Part shown: positions 47,820-57,172 of the stretch, piece by piece
How the letters are laid out: each line of letters opens with the position of its first letter
Numbering within the stretch: the first letter of the stretch is position 1
Assembly (NCBI GenBank): GCA_964629655.1
Contig: CAZVQU010000001.1
Span: forward strand, 420,056 to 484,055
Length of the DNA: 64,000 nt
DNA from: an uncultured Planctomycetia bacterium
Lineage (GTDB): Bacteria; Omnitrophota; Gorgyraeia; Duberdicusellales; 4484-171
Direction of reading: 5' to 3'
The notes under the pieces: model-generated
What the model was told of the DNA's origin: nothing
Seen by the model: the letters and a program-made list of their open reading frames with translations, nothing else
Database searches by the model: none
Translations under genes and position numbers: made by a program

Positions 47820-48632
47820 CTACTTTTGACAAAGAAACCCTACTGCTTGCTGAGAATACTTAACCTTCTTAAATCCTGCTTTCTTTAGCCTTTTTTCTAC
47901 TTGAGCCGGAAAATCAAAGCCCTGCTTCACCTTATACAAAGGAGTATAGTGAAACATTCTCCGACCCGGCTTTAACACCCTGATCAGTTGCTGATAAAAA
48001 TCTTGGGAAAACAGCTCACCGGCTAATTTAAAAGTAGGCGGATCGTGAATAATGCAATCAAAACAATCATTTTTAAACTCACCTATTCCCAAAGCTACAT
48101 CAGCCATGCGAATCTCAATATTTTCAGCGCTAAATAGCTCTTGGGATAAAGGGTTTATTTGGGCTAAATCACGAATATTCTCATCTTTCTCGAAAGTAAT
48201 TACTTTTTTTCCTTTTTTGGCTGCTAGAATAGCTGTATAGCCCGGCCCCATACAAGTATCTAAAACATCTCCATAGGGCTTTAGGAGATTTATCTTGTTT
48301 TTAGTATCTTTTTCAGGGGAACTTAGCCGATGCATCGGAACAGAGCTAATAGAAATCGTAGGCCAGTCAGAAGTAGGCACTAATTTATAGAATTTATTGG
48401 TATCTTCGGAGAAAAAAGCAATCTTCCTAACTCCTTGACTATCTAGTAGATAGCAAAAGTTATCCTTAAAACTCTCGTTTAAATCTAAGATTATTCGATC
48501 ACTAAAAATAGCCTTATCTTCTTCTCGTATAGCTTCAACTTCTTTTTGGCCAAAATTTACTATTAGAAGAAAAGGCTCATTTTTCCTTCTCTTTTTTATG
48601 TAATCAACCTCTTTTTTGGTAATAATCATCAA
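47820..48632 (-). CDS. SAM-dependent methyltransferase with DPPT motif IV (possible RNA m2G/m6A-type methyltransferase)
   Basis: Motif I (VLDTCMGPGYTAI). Motif IV (IIHDPPTF), resembling the (D/N)PP(Y/F) amino-methyltransferase motif. Confidence 0.45.
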   Translation of the reverse strand: MMIITKKEVDYIKKRRKNEPFLLIVNFGQKEVEAIREEDKAIFSDRIILDLNESFKDNFCYLLDSQGVRKIAFFSEDTNKFYKLVPTSDWPTISISSVPMHRLSSPEKDTKNKINLLKPYGDVLDTCMGPGYTAILAAKKGKKVITFEKDENIRDLAQINPLSQELFSAENIEIRMADVALGIGEFKNDCFDCIIHDPPTFKLAGELFSQDFYQQLIRVLKPGRRMFHYTPLYKVKQGFDFPAQVEKRLKKAGFKKVKYSQQAVGFLCQK

Positions 48633-48765
48633 GATAATTATAGAGAAAACATAGCTTTTTACAATAAAAAAAATAAATTTAAATTCCTTGACAACTAATC
48701 CTTCAGCTATAAAATATAAAAGTAGTTGAAAATATTAACTTTTTAAACAAAAGGAGGGTACTCGG

Positions 48766-49032
48766 ATGAACAAAACTGGATTAATAGAAGCAGTAGCTGT
48801 GAAGACAGCCACTAAGAAAGAGGCTCAGGATATAGTAGATACTATCTGGGATACAATCAAAGGTAGTCTCAAAAAGCAAGAAGATGTTGCTATTTCTGGT
48901 TTCGGTACTTTCAAGGTAAAACAGACAAAAGCAAGAATGGGAAGAAATCCCAAGACAGGCGAAACAATTCAAATTCCAGCTAAGAAGAAAGTAGCCTTTA
49001 GAGTATCAAAAGAACTAAAATCCCTTCTATAA
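48766..49032 (+). CDS. hupB: DNA-binding protein HU
   Basis: 88 aa. GFGTFKV...R.GRNPKTGE arm signature. RBS AAGGAGGG upstream. Confidence 0.85.
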   Translation: MNKTGLIEAVAVKTATKKEAQDIVDTIWDTIKGSLKKQEDVAISGFGTFKVKQTKARMGRNPKTGETIQIPAKKKVAFRVSKELKSLL

Positions 49033-49050
49033 TTAAGGGTTTTATAAAAA

Positions 49051-49085
49051 AGAGGGTATACTCGTTAAAGTATACCCTCTTTTTA
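49051..49085. terminator. Bidirectional rho-independent terminator between hupB (+) and the rsmB-like gene (-)
   Basis: 11-bp stem AGAGGGTATAC/GTATACCCTCT with an 8-nt loop. Flanked by T-runs on both strands (TTTTAT on the plus strand and, read on the minus strand, TTTTTATAAA). Confidence 0.55.
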
Positions 49086-49106
49086 TGTCTTCTTTATTCC
49101 TTCTAT

Positions 49107-50054
49107 CTACACTGAAATCTTCTTTATTTTAGCGATAAAAAAACCTTCCATAGTATCATCAGGAATAATTCTTCTAGCTAAGCGCAAAGACGGAGAGAAT
49201 TTTTTATCTTTCCATTGCAATAAACCCTCCCTTGCATTCTTTAAGGGAAGCTCTATTGGTAAAATCTCTAGCTTTTCTTTGAATTTATTAACAAACCAAT
49301 CAATAACACCTTCATTCTCCTCGGGAGAAAAGGTGCAAGTAGAATAAACCAAGGTTCCTCCTTCATTCAAAGCCAAAAATGCAGAGTGAAGAAGTTTCTT
49401 TTGCTTATGTACCATTTCTTTAACCTTTCTCTGCTTCCAGTATTTAAAGCTCTTGGGGTTAGTGGTAAGGAAACGCCCTTCTGATGAACAAGGTACATCA
49501 GCTAATATCTTATCAAAATATTCGGGAAATTTCTTCCTAACCCAGATGCTATCTAATAATATAACCTTGGTTGATTTAATGCCTTGGGTCGTAAGATTAG
49601 CTAACAGTTTATAGTAACGGGGACGGGCTTTTTCTATGGCTGTGACTTCTGCTTGGGGAGCAAGAGAAGAAATTTGAGTAGTTTTAGCTCCCGGTGCAGC
49701 ACACAAATCAAGGATTTTATTTTTATTTTCAGGCTCAAGATAAAGTACCGGCAACATACTCGATAGATTCTGGACATAAACTAAGCCTTCTGTGTAGATT
49801 TTAGTTTTCTGAAAATCCCTTAAAGGTGTATTCAGCAGAAACGCGCCTTGGGGAAAAGGCAACTCCTTATACTTCACCCTTTGATTCACTAAGAGTTTTC
49901 TCAAAGTTTGTAAATCAGTCTTTAAATAATTTATCCTAAAGGTAGTCTTCTTCTTAGCTAAAAAAGTACTGGCTACGCGGGTAAAGCTAGAAGGGTAAAT
50001 CTCCTTTAACTTAAGTAGAAACTCTTGTGGCAACTTATAAATTCCGTCTCTCAT
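49107..50054 (-). CDS. RsmB/NOP2/Sun-family RNA m5C methyltransferase
   Basis: SAM motif DLCAAPGAKTT. Catalytic Cys motifs DVPCSSEG and TCT. Length 315 aa, with no NusB domain. Confidence 0.7.
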   Translation of the reverse strand: MRDGIYKLPQEFLLKLKEIYPSSFTRVASTFLAKKKTTFRINYLKTDLQTLRKLLVNQRVKYKELPFPQGAFLLNTPLRDFQKTKIYTEGLVYVQNLSSMLPVLYLEPENKNKILDLCAAPGAKTTQISSLAPQAEVTAIEKARPRYYKLLANLTTQGIKSTKVILLDSIWVRKKFPEYFDKILADVPCSSEGRFLTTNPKSFKYWKQRKVKEMVHKQKKLLHSAFLALNEGGTLVYSTCTFSPEENEGVIDWFVNKFKEKLEILPIELPLKNAREGLLQWKDKKFSPSLRLARRIIPDDTMEGFFIAKIKKISV

Positions 50055-50097
50055 TCTTTATTTCCTCTAATTACCATACCATAATAAATAAATCCTG

Positions 50098-51126
50098 TCA
50101 CTTCTCTAAAAGATATTCGGCTCTTAATTGGCCACAGGCAGCGTTAATATCCTGGCCCCGCGATTTCCTGAGAGTAAAAAATACGCCTCTTCTCTTTAGC
50201 TCTTGGCTAAAGATATCTACTGTCTCTTTATCAGGAGCTTTTAATTCAGAAGATGCTCCATTATAAGGGATTAAATTGGCTTTAGCATTAATTCTATTAA
50301 GTAGCTTTGCTAACTTCTTAGCATCATCTATACCAGTATTTATCCCCTCTATTAGGACACATTCAAAGGTAACCGGATCTTTAGAATCTTTGCTAAATTC
50401 TCTAATTGCCGGGATCAGTTCCTCTATTGGGTATTTTTTGTTAATCGGCATTAGTTTATTACGGATCTCATTATCAGCTGAATGTAGGGATACTGAGAGC
50501 TTTACCCCTAATTTCAATTTAGCTAATTTCTTAATCTCTGGGCAAAGACCACAAGTCGATAGGGATATTTTTCGTTTTGAAAAATTAATGCCTGCTGAAT
50601 CCATTAATATATTTATACTCTTAATAGTATTTTCAAAGTTATCTAAGGGTTCTCCGATACCCATAAAAACTATATTAGTTATCTTGCCGGGAGCCTTTAA
50701 GCCAGAAACGCTTAAATACTGGTTTACAATCTCGCCGGCAGTTAAGTTCCTCTTAAAGCCCTTTTCTCCACTGGCGCAAAACAAACATTTAAATTTACAA
50801 CCGACTTGGGTTGAAACACAGAGGGTATTCCTTGCCTTCTCAGGAATTACTACTGCCTCAATGGCTAAGTCATCCCTTAACTTAAATAAAAACTTCTCAG
50901 TTCTATCCGGGGATTTTTCTTTCTTCACAAGGCTTAATCTAAGAATGGAGAAATTCTCCTTTAAAAACTCTCTGGTCTTCTTAGAAAGATTGCTCATCAA
51001 ATCAAAATCTTGGACTCTCTTTGCATAAACCCATTCAAAGACTTGCCGGGCAGTGTAGGCAGGATAACCTTTTATCTTTAGAAAATCTTGCAGTTCTCCA
51101 AGAGTATAATTTTTTAAATCTTGCAT
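50098..51126 (-). CDS. rlmN: 23S rRNA (adenine2503-C2)/tRNA methyltransferase, radical SAM
   Basis: CxxxCxxC (CKFKCLFCASG). MGIGEPLDN motif. C-terminal Cys. Length 342 aa. Confidence 0.85.
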   Translation of the reverse strand: MQDLKNYTLGELQDFLKIKGYPAYTARQVFEWVYAKRVQDFDLMSNLSKKTREFLKENFSILRLSLVKKEKSPDRTEKFLFKLRDDLAIEAVVIPEKARNTLCVSTQVGCKFKCLFCASGEKGFKRNLTAGEIVNQYLSVSGLKAPGKITNIVFMGIGEPLDNFENTIKSINILMDSAGINFSKRKISLSTCGLCPEIKKLAKLKLGVKLSVSLHSADNEIRNKLMPINKKYPIEELIPAIREFSKDSKDPVTFECVLIEGINTGIDDAKKLAKLLNRINAKANLIPYNGASSELKAPDKETVDIFSQELKRRGVFFTLRKSRGQDINAACGQLRAEYLLEK

Positions 51127-51162
51127 AAGTGTGCTATTACCTTTATTTATTGTTGAATTTGC

Positions 51163-52191
51163 TTAAGCTTTATGCGGTTGGATTATTACTTTAAGCGAAT
51201 CTTCCCCTTTAGCAACAAGGCTAAACCCTAACCCTGCCTCGGCAAGGCTTAATTTGTGCGTAATCATCTTACCCACAGGCACTGCGCCACTACGAATCAA
51301 CTCCATTGCCACAATGGCATCTTGGGGACTATTACCATAAGAAGGCATAATTTTTATACCATTACGCCAAAAATCATTGACCGGAACAGGAAGAATAACC
51401 CCTGGCTCTGTAGGGGCAAAACATAGTATAGTTCCTCCTCGATCAACAGATTGCAAGGCCTGCTGGAAAGCTGATAAGGCTGAAGTACAAATAATTACAA
51501 GATCAGCAAGCCTGCCTTGATTAATCTGGCTCAAACGGGCCGGAACATCTTCTTTAGCAGATATTACTGAATCAGCTCCGAACTCCTTTGCCATCTTTAA
51601 ACGATGTTGGTTTACATCGGTAACTATTATCCGCTGGGCCCCTGTGGCCCGGGCTAAGAGCAAATGAATTAACCCTGAGATACCACCTCCGAGAATTAAT
51701 ACATCTTGGCCGGACTTTAGATTAGCTTCCCTTTGGCCCCGGACTACGCAGGCTAAAGGTTCAATAAAGGTTGCTTCTTCAAATGATATCTCATCCGGCA
51801 GGAGAAAGGTTCCTCTATCAACATTAATTGCCGGTACCTGTATGTATTGTGCAAAACCGCCGGGGAAAAAGTTCGTGGTATGCAGGGTCTGGCAAGCAGT
51901 ATGATAACCATTCAAACAATATCGACAAGTATTACAGGGAACATGGTGGGAGACACAGACTCTATCCCCTTGTTTGAAGCGGGTAATGCCTTCTCCGACT
52001 CCAACTACCTCACCAGCAACCTCATGGCCTAAAACAAGAGGGGCTTTTTTAATGCGGTACCACTGCATCACATCACTGCCGCAAATACCGCTAGCCTGTA
52101 CCTTTACCAAAAGCTCTCCTGCACCGATAGTTGGTGTAGGCAATTCCTCTAGCCGGACATCATTATTATTGTAATACATTGCGACCTGCAT
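51163..52191 (-). CDS. Zn-dependent alcohol dehydrogenase (MDR family; sorbitol/threonine dehydrogenase-like)
   Basis: GHEVAGEVVGVG Zn motif. Structural-Zn Cys cluster (CNTCRYCLNGYHTAC). Rossmann GGGISG. Confidence 0.7.
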   Translation of the reverse strand: MQVAMYYNNNDVRLEELPTPTIGAGELLVKVQASGICGSDVMQWYRIKKAPLVLGHEVAGEVVGVGEGITRFKQGDRVCVSHHVPCNTCRYCLNGYHTACQTLHTTNFFPGGFAQYIQVPAINVDRGTFLLPDEISFEEATFIEPLACVVRGQREANLKSGQDVLILGGGISGLIHLLLARATGAQRIIVTDVNQHRLKMAKEFGADSVISAKEDVPARLSQINQGRLADLVIICTSALSAFQQALQSVDRGGTILCFAPTEPGVILPVPVNDFWRNGIKIMPSYGNSPQDAIVAMELIRSGAVPVGKMITHKLSLAEAGLGFSLVAKGEDSLKVIIQPHKA

Positions 52192-52203
52192 ATAATTTTT
52201 CTC

Positions 52204-53067
52204 CTAAACAGATTGTTTACTGGCTACAGCACCACTCTTAATGCTATTAAATAATTCCTGTGCTTGATCAACCGTAGCATTTTCGTGTATGATTGCCTGT
52301 AGGCCTCTTGCTACTGCTACAGGATTAGGACTCTGCCAGACATTCCTTCCTAAGTTAATGCCAATAGCTCCTTTTTGCATGCCATCATAAACAAACTCAA
52401 AGACCTCACGTTCGGTCTTACATTTAGGCCCGCCAGCCATAACTACTGGCACCGGACAACCATCTACAACCTTATCAAAATCTTCACACCAATATGTTTT
52501 TACTATTCGCGCACCTAATTCTGCTGCAATGCGACAGCATAGGCCAAGATATCTGGCATCTCGTTTCTCCAGCTCTTTGCCTACAGCAGTAACTGCCATA
52601 ACCGGAATTCCATACCTCTCACACTCATTTACGAGACGGGCAAGATTTAGCAGTGTTTGACGTTCATAGTCGCTGCCAATAAAAACTGAAATCCCTACGG
52701 CAGCAGCGTTAAGGCGAACAACCTCCTCTACCGATGTGGTAATCTCTTCATTAGCTAAATCCTTACCTACCATGCTAGTGCCTCCAGATACCCTAAGGAT
52801 AATCGGTTTACTACCAATAGGGTCTATTGCTGAACGTAAGACCCCTCTAGTTGCAAAAAGGGCATCGCAAAAGGGAAGGAGAGGCTTAATGGTCTCTCCT
52901 GGTTTCTCCAAACACCTAGTAGGCCCTTGAAAATAACCATGGTCAATAGGCAAGAAAAAACAATGGCCGTCAGATTTGATAACTTGATTTAAACGATTTT
53001 GCATTCCCCAATCCATCTTTACACCTCCTAATGAGCACATCCCAAAGGGATAGTGCGAATTATCCAT
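52204..53067 (-). CDS. DhnA-family class I aldolase (FBP aldolase Ia / LsrF / ADH-synthase family, DeoC-like TIM barrel)
   Basis: DhnA/LsrF-type N-terminus (GHCFFLPIDHGYFQGP). Length ~270-287 aa. 8-nt overlap with the upstream ALDH gene. Confidence 0.6.
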   Translation of the reverse strand: MDNSHYPFGMCSLGGVKMDWGMQNRLNQVIKSDGHCFFLPIDHGYFQGPTRCLEKPGETIKPLLPFCDALFATRGVLRSAIDPIGSKPIILRVSGGTSMVGKDLANEEITTSVEEVVRLNAAAVGISVFIGSDYERQTLLNLARLVNECERYGIPVMAVTAVGKELEKRDARYLGLCCRIAAELGARIVKTYWCEDFDKVVDGCPVPVVMAGGPKCKTEREVFEFVYDGMQKGAIGINLGRNVWQSPNPVAVARGLQAIIHENATVDQAQELFNSIKSGAVASKQSV

Positions 53068-54550
53068 ACCAATAATTTACTAATGGTTTTGAGTCCTTAG
53101 TAGTATCTACTATGACATTTTTAAGATTTGTATACTCTAACAAACCTTGATCACCTAGTTCTTTACCGAATCCACTTTGCTTAAATCCACCATAAGTGAG
53201 CTGATTAAAAAACATGCCGTAAGTATTGATCCAAATCGTACCGGCATTAACTTTATTAGCTATATTTTTAGCCTTCTCAATATCTTTTGACCAAATACAA
53301 CCAGCAAGAGCAAAATCACTTCGGTTTGCCAATTCAATCGCTTCTTCTACCTTTGAAAATTTACTTATACAGACTACCGGACCAAAAATTTCTTCTTGAA
53401 AGATTGGCTCATCAGGTGAAACTCCCCCGAACACCGTAGGCTCAAAAAAGAACCCTTTTTCTAATCCCTCTTGGGAAGGGATTTTACCGCCCAATAATAA
53501 CTTTACACCACTGGCTTTAGCTTTCTCTGCATACTCAATAACTTTTTCTCTTTGCCATTGTGAAGCCAAAGGCCCCATTTGAGTTTCAAAGTCTAAACCA
53601 TTGCCTAACTTAATAGCTTTTGCTTTTTTAACAAACCCTTCGACGAATTTATCGTAAATGCTATCTTGCACTAAGATTCTTGACATCGCCGTACACATTT
53701 GCCCTTGATTCAAAAATATAGAGCACAAGGAACCATTAACTGCTAATTCCAAATCAGCATCTTTTAAAATAATACTAGCAGATTTACCTCCTAGCTCCAT
53801 AATCAACTTTTTTACATTTTTAGATGAATACTCTAAGATCTTTTTACCCACAATATTTGAACCAGTAAATGAAATCATATCTACTCGCTTATCTGAACAT
53901 AGTGGCTCACCGGCTTCCTCGCCTGGACCAGGCATGACATTAACCACTCCTTTAGGTAAACCTGCTTCATTGATAATCTTTGCTAACTCCAAAGCTGTAA
54001 GCGGGGTTAAACTTGAAGGTTTCAAAATAACTGCGTTTCCAGCTGCTAAGCTCTGAGCCAACTTCCAGGAAGCAATTAACAGTGGGTAGTTCCAGGGGAC
54101 AATCAAACCGACTACTCCTCTTGCCTGAGGTAGAAGCCGGGCTTTTGCCGATGAAACTTGGGATTTTACCTCTATGGTCTCCTCTTTTAGAATCCTTTCA
54201 AGATTATTACCGAAATATTTAAAAGTTTCAGCTGCAGAAGGTATATCCATAAAAGTTGATTCCTTAAGCGGCTTACCCGTATTTAAAGTCTCCAGTTCGG
54301 CCAATTCACCGCACTTTTCCAAAATACCTTGAGATATCTTAAGCAGGAATTCTTTTCTTTGTGCTAAGGAAATATCTCGCCAAGGCCCTTTATCAAAGGC
54401 ATCACGTGCAGCTTTAATTGCTAGATTCACATCTTCCCGAGAAGCTAAACTAACCTCAGCTATAGTTTCACCGGTAGCAGGATTAATTATTTTATTTTTA
54501 AATTTAGAATCCTTAAATTCTCCGTTAATGAATAAATTATAGGTTTTCAT
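53060..54550 (-). CDS. NAD(P)-dependent aldehyde dehydrogenase
   Basis: ALDH catalytic motifs ELGGKSA and GQMCTA. Length 496 aa. Confidence 0.85.
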   Translation of the reverse strand: MKTYNLFINGEFKDSKFKNKIINPATGETIAEVSLASREDVNLAIKAARDAFDKGPWRDISLAQRKEFLLKISQGILEKCGELAELETLNTGKPLKESTFMDIPSAAETFKYFGNNLERILKEETIEVKSQVSSAKARLLPQARGVVGLIVPWNYPLLIASWKLAQSLAAGNAVILKPSSLTPLTALELAKIINEAGLPKGVVNVMPGPGEEAGEPLCSDKRVDMISFTGSNIVGKKILEYSSKNVKKLIMELGGKSASIILKDADLELAVNGSLCSIFLNQGQMCTAMSRILVQDSIYDKFVEGFVKKAKAIKLGNGLDFETQMGPLASQWQREKVIEYAEKAKASGVKLLLGGKIPSQEGLEKGFFFEPTVFGGVSPDEPIFQEEIFGPVVCISKFSKVEEAIELANRSDFALAGCIWSKDIEKAKNIANKVNAGTIWINTYGMFFNQLTYGGFKQSGFGKELGDQGLLEYTNLKNVIVDTTKDSKPLVNYWYG

Positions 54551-55554
54551 CTTATTTTAACCTGCTTAAATAACTCGAATAAGCGCTTAAACGGTACATA
54601 CCAGCGAGACAACTGCCCTAGCTGACCTTTTAACTTCATTTTTCCTTGAGTAACAGCCACAAAAGGATCTACCTTGCCCAGAAAAACTAATTCCCAAATG
54701 TCCTCTGAAGCTGAAATTACAAAAGGTGCATTAAGATCAAATTCTAATTTTTTTATCTTTCCTTTTTCAAAAATAAATCTATACGATTTGTTGTCCTCGT
54801 CCAAGCTTATGGCTAACTCCAGAGTTAGGTCTAGCTCTTGGCCCTTTTTACTAATAAGCTCATCCTTATTAACCAACTCTACGATTGCCTGCACATGCTC
54901 TTTAGAAAACATCTTATAGCTGTCAGTTTTTTGGGTTAAATCCTGCTTCAAAGCCTTGTCTAAATCATCTAAAACTTCTCTTTTGAATAATCTAGCAACA
55001 CTGGCAATTTTTACTGCCTCTTCTAAAGTTTCAATCAAATCAAAACCATCCTTGAAACTTTGGCCTATGCTAATTACGCCATGATTTTTAATTACCGCTA
55101 GGTTATTAGATTTTAAAGCTTCAATTACTAACTCTGGTTTAGTCATACTTGGAGTTTCCTGCACAACAGCTTTTACATTGCCTAAATAGACTTGGGACTC
55201 AAAGGTTAAATTTTTAAGGTCAGAACATACAGAAAAATAGCCGTTGGCTAAAGGTGGATGGCAATGGATTACTGCTTTGGCTTCAAAACTCTCATAAATT
55301 AATCTATGCATAGGGAATTCTGTACTCAAACGATTGTTTTTTAAATCTTTCTCATTATTAAGATTAATTTTAATAATGTCTTCGGGTTTTAATTGGCCTA
55401 GGGATGTCCCGGTAGCCGTGATAAGAATATTGTCTTTGTCTAACCGGGCGCTTAAATTCCCTGACTTAGCAACTGCCAAATGCAGGTTTTGTAATTTCTC
55501 ACCGATTGCAATTATTTTTCGCTTTAACTGTTTTTCTCGGCCTAATACCATCAT
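54547..55554 (-). CDS. Class II aldolase/adducin-family protein fused to a C-terminal SCP2-like domain
   Basis: The N-terminal ~200 aa have class II aldolase signatures (HCHPP His cluster, GNLSAR). The C-terminal ~110 aa end in an SCP2-type motif (GKMKLKGQLGQLSRW). Confidence 0.55.
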   Translation of the reverse strand: MMVLGREKQLKRKIIAIGEKLQNLHLAVAKSGNLSARLDKDNILITATGTSLGQLKPEDIIKINLNNEKDLKNNRLSTEFPMHRLIYESFEAKAVIHCHPPLANGYFSVCSDLKNLTFESQVYLGNVKAVVQETPSMTKPELVIEALKSNNLAVIKNHGVISIGQSFKDGFDLIETLEEAVKIASVARLFKREVLDDLDKALKQDLTQKTDSYKMFSKEHVQAIVELVNKDELISKKGQELDLTLELAISLDEDNKSYRFIFEKGKIKKLEFDLNAPFVISASEDIWELVFLGKVDPFVAVTQGKMKLKGQLGQLSRWYVPFKRLFELFKQVKIR

Positions 55555-56504
55555 CTTACCTCTAGATATATATGCTTAGTAATAAACTTATTAGGAGTTA
55601 TATCAAATGCCGGATAATAAGCCTTTGCACCTTTGGGGGCAAGAGCTACCCCTTGATAGGTTGTAAGTTCCTTGTCCGGTCTTATTTCAATTTTTATATC
55701 TTCCCCAGTCTTTGCACCAGATAACGGAGCACAAAGCACATAAAAAGGAATTTTAAAGTATCTAGCTATCAAGGCAATCTGGTAAGTTCCAACTTTATTA
55801 GCAATATCCCCATTCCCAGCTAAATTATCTGAACCAACTATGACTTTATCAATTTTTCTCTCACTCATTACCTGCGCAACCATATTATCAGTTATTACTG
55901 TAACGTCAAAGCCTGAACGCATAAGCTCCCAGGCAGTAAGCCTTGAACCTTGTAAATAAGGTCGGGTCTCAGTAGCGAAAAAACGTAACTTCTTACCCTT
56001 AGCTTGGGCAAAATCAGCTATTAGAGGCAGGAGGCCGCTAATATTACAATGGGTAAGAACCACATCGCCACCTTTGAGTAATTTAGAAGCTTGTTTTGCT
56101 TGTTTAATCCGGGAATTTTTTAACATCTCTAAAAAACCCAATATAGCCTTATCCAGAGGCATACCTGCTTTATGCCAGCCTAAAACCATATTAGTTAAAT
56201 ATTTAAACGAAAGAGTGGGTCGAGTCGAGTTTATTGCTTTAGCAACCTTAGACAATGTAGGAGAAAGATTCTTCTTACTTTTATTATTCTTAATAACCAG
56301 AAGAAATATATACATAACTAAGATGACCTGTCCAACAGCCCGGGTTTTCATCTGGCGTATCGCCGAACAAGCTTGTAAGTAGTTTTTAGCCTTTATATAT
56401 TTTTCTTTCTGAGGCAATGAAGTCTCATCGAGTATATGAATAGTGTTACCCTTTAATTTAATTGGCCAAAATAAAGGTGAGTATTTTATATTTTTCTTAA
56501 CCAT
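55551..56504 (-). CDS. eIF-2B alpha/beta/delta-family sugar-phosphate isomerase (MtnA / ribose-1,5-bisphosphate isomerase-like)
   Basis: THCNISG, ETRPYLQGSRLTAWEL, VIVGSDNLAGNGDIANKVGTYQIA and FYVLCAP match the MtnA/e2b2 family. Confidence 0.75.
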   Translation of the reverse strand: MVKKNIKYSPLFWPIKLKGNTIHILDETSLPQKEKYIKAKNYLQACSAIRQMKTRAVGQVILVMYIFLLVIKNNKSKKNLSPTLSKVAKAINSTRPTLSFKYLTNMVLGWHKAGMPLDKAILGFLEMLKNSRIKQAKQASKLLKGGDVVLTHCNISGLLPLIADFAQAKGKKLRFFATETRPYLQGSRLTAWELMRSGFDVTVITDNMVAQVMSERKIDKVIVGSDNLAGNGDIANKVGTYQIALIARYFKIPFYVLCAPLSGAKTGEDIKIEIRPDKELTTYQGVALAPKGAKAYYPAFDITPNKFITKHIYLEVR

Positions 56505-56516
56505 CTTTTACACATT

Positions 56517-57140
56517 CTAGTTTTTAAGTTTTGCAATAATACTACAATAATTCCCAAATCTTTTACTTGGAATCATTACGCATCTTAATCCCACCGTATA
56601 ATAAGTTTTAACCCGCAAAGGTTTAAAACCAGCCTGAGATAAAAAACCAAGCCAGACTTCTAAAGACCTGTAAAAATGGCCTAAATCACGGTTAATAATC
56701 GTTTTAGAGAAAGGCAATTCCAAATAAAAATATCCGTTAGGCTTCAGGGATTTATTCACAAAATTGAAAGCAGTAGTTGGACATTCTACATGCTCAAAGA
56801 TATCGAAGGCAGTTACGACATCAAACTTCCCATCAAAAGGTATCCCCTCATTTATATCGCAGCATTTTATACGTTCTGGTCTAGAAACTATATTTTTAGC
56901 ATTTCCTACGGCGTATTCCGAAATATCTAATCCATGCACCTCAAAGTCTCTTTCAATTATCTTTATAAAAAATCCTAAGGCACATCCTATATCTAGTATT
57001 TTTCCTGAAGAAACCATTTCTTTTAGAATCTTTATTCTTCTTTTCCAGAATATTTTTGACCGTAAACCTTCGTAACCAAAAATATAGTTTGAATCTTTGC
57101 CCATGTAATATTCCCTAACGTATTTATTTTTAACCTTCAT
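56517..57140 (-). CDS. Class I SAM-dependent methyltransferase
   Basis: Motif I ILDIGCALGFF. An acidic residue at the end of β2 (HGLDISE). Confidence 0.6.
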   Translation of the reverse strand: MKVKNKYVREYYMGKDSNYIFGYEGLRSKIFWKRRIKILKEMVSSGKILDIGCALGFFIKIIERDFEVHGLDISEYAVGNAKNIVSRPERIKCCDINEGIPFDGKFDVVTAFDIFEHVECPTTAFNFVNKSLKPNGYFYLELPFSKTIINRDLGHFYRSLEVWLGFLSQAGFKPLRVKTYYTVGLRCVMIPSKRFGNYCSIIAKLKN

Positions 57141-57172
57141 AACTTCTGTCTAATCACCATTACAATAAATTT

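Noticed and set aside
50276-51028. 250-aa plus-strand ORF inside rlmN
   Set aside because: It is antisense to the radical SAM gene, with no motifs. The long open frame is explained by codon bias of the opposite strand.
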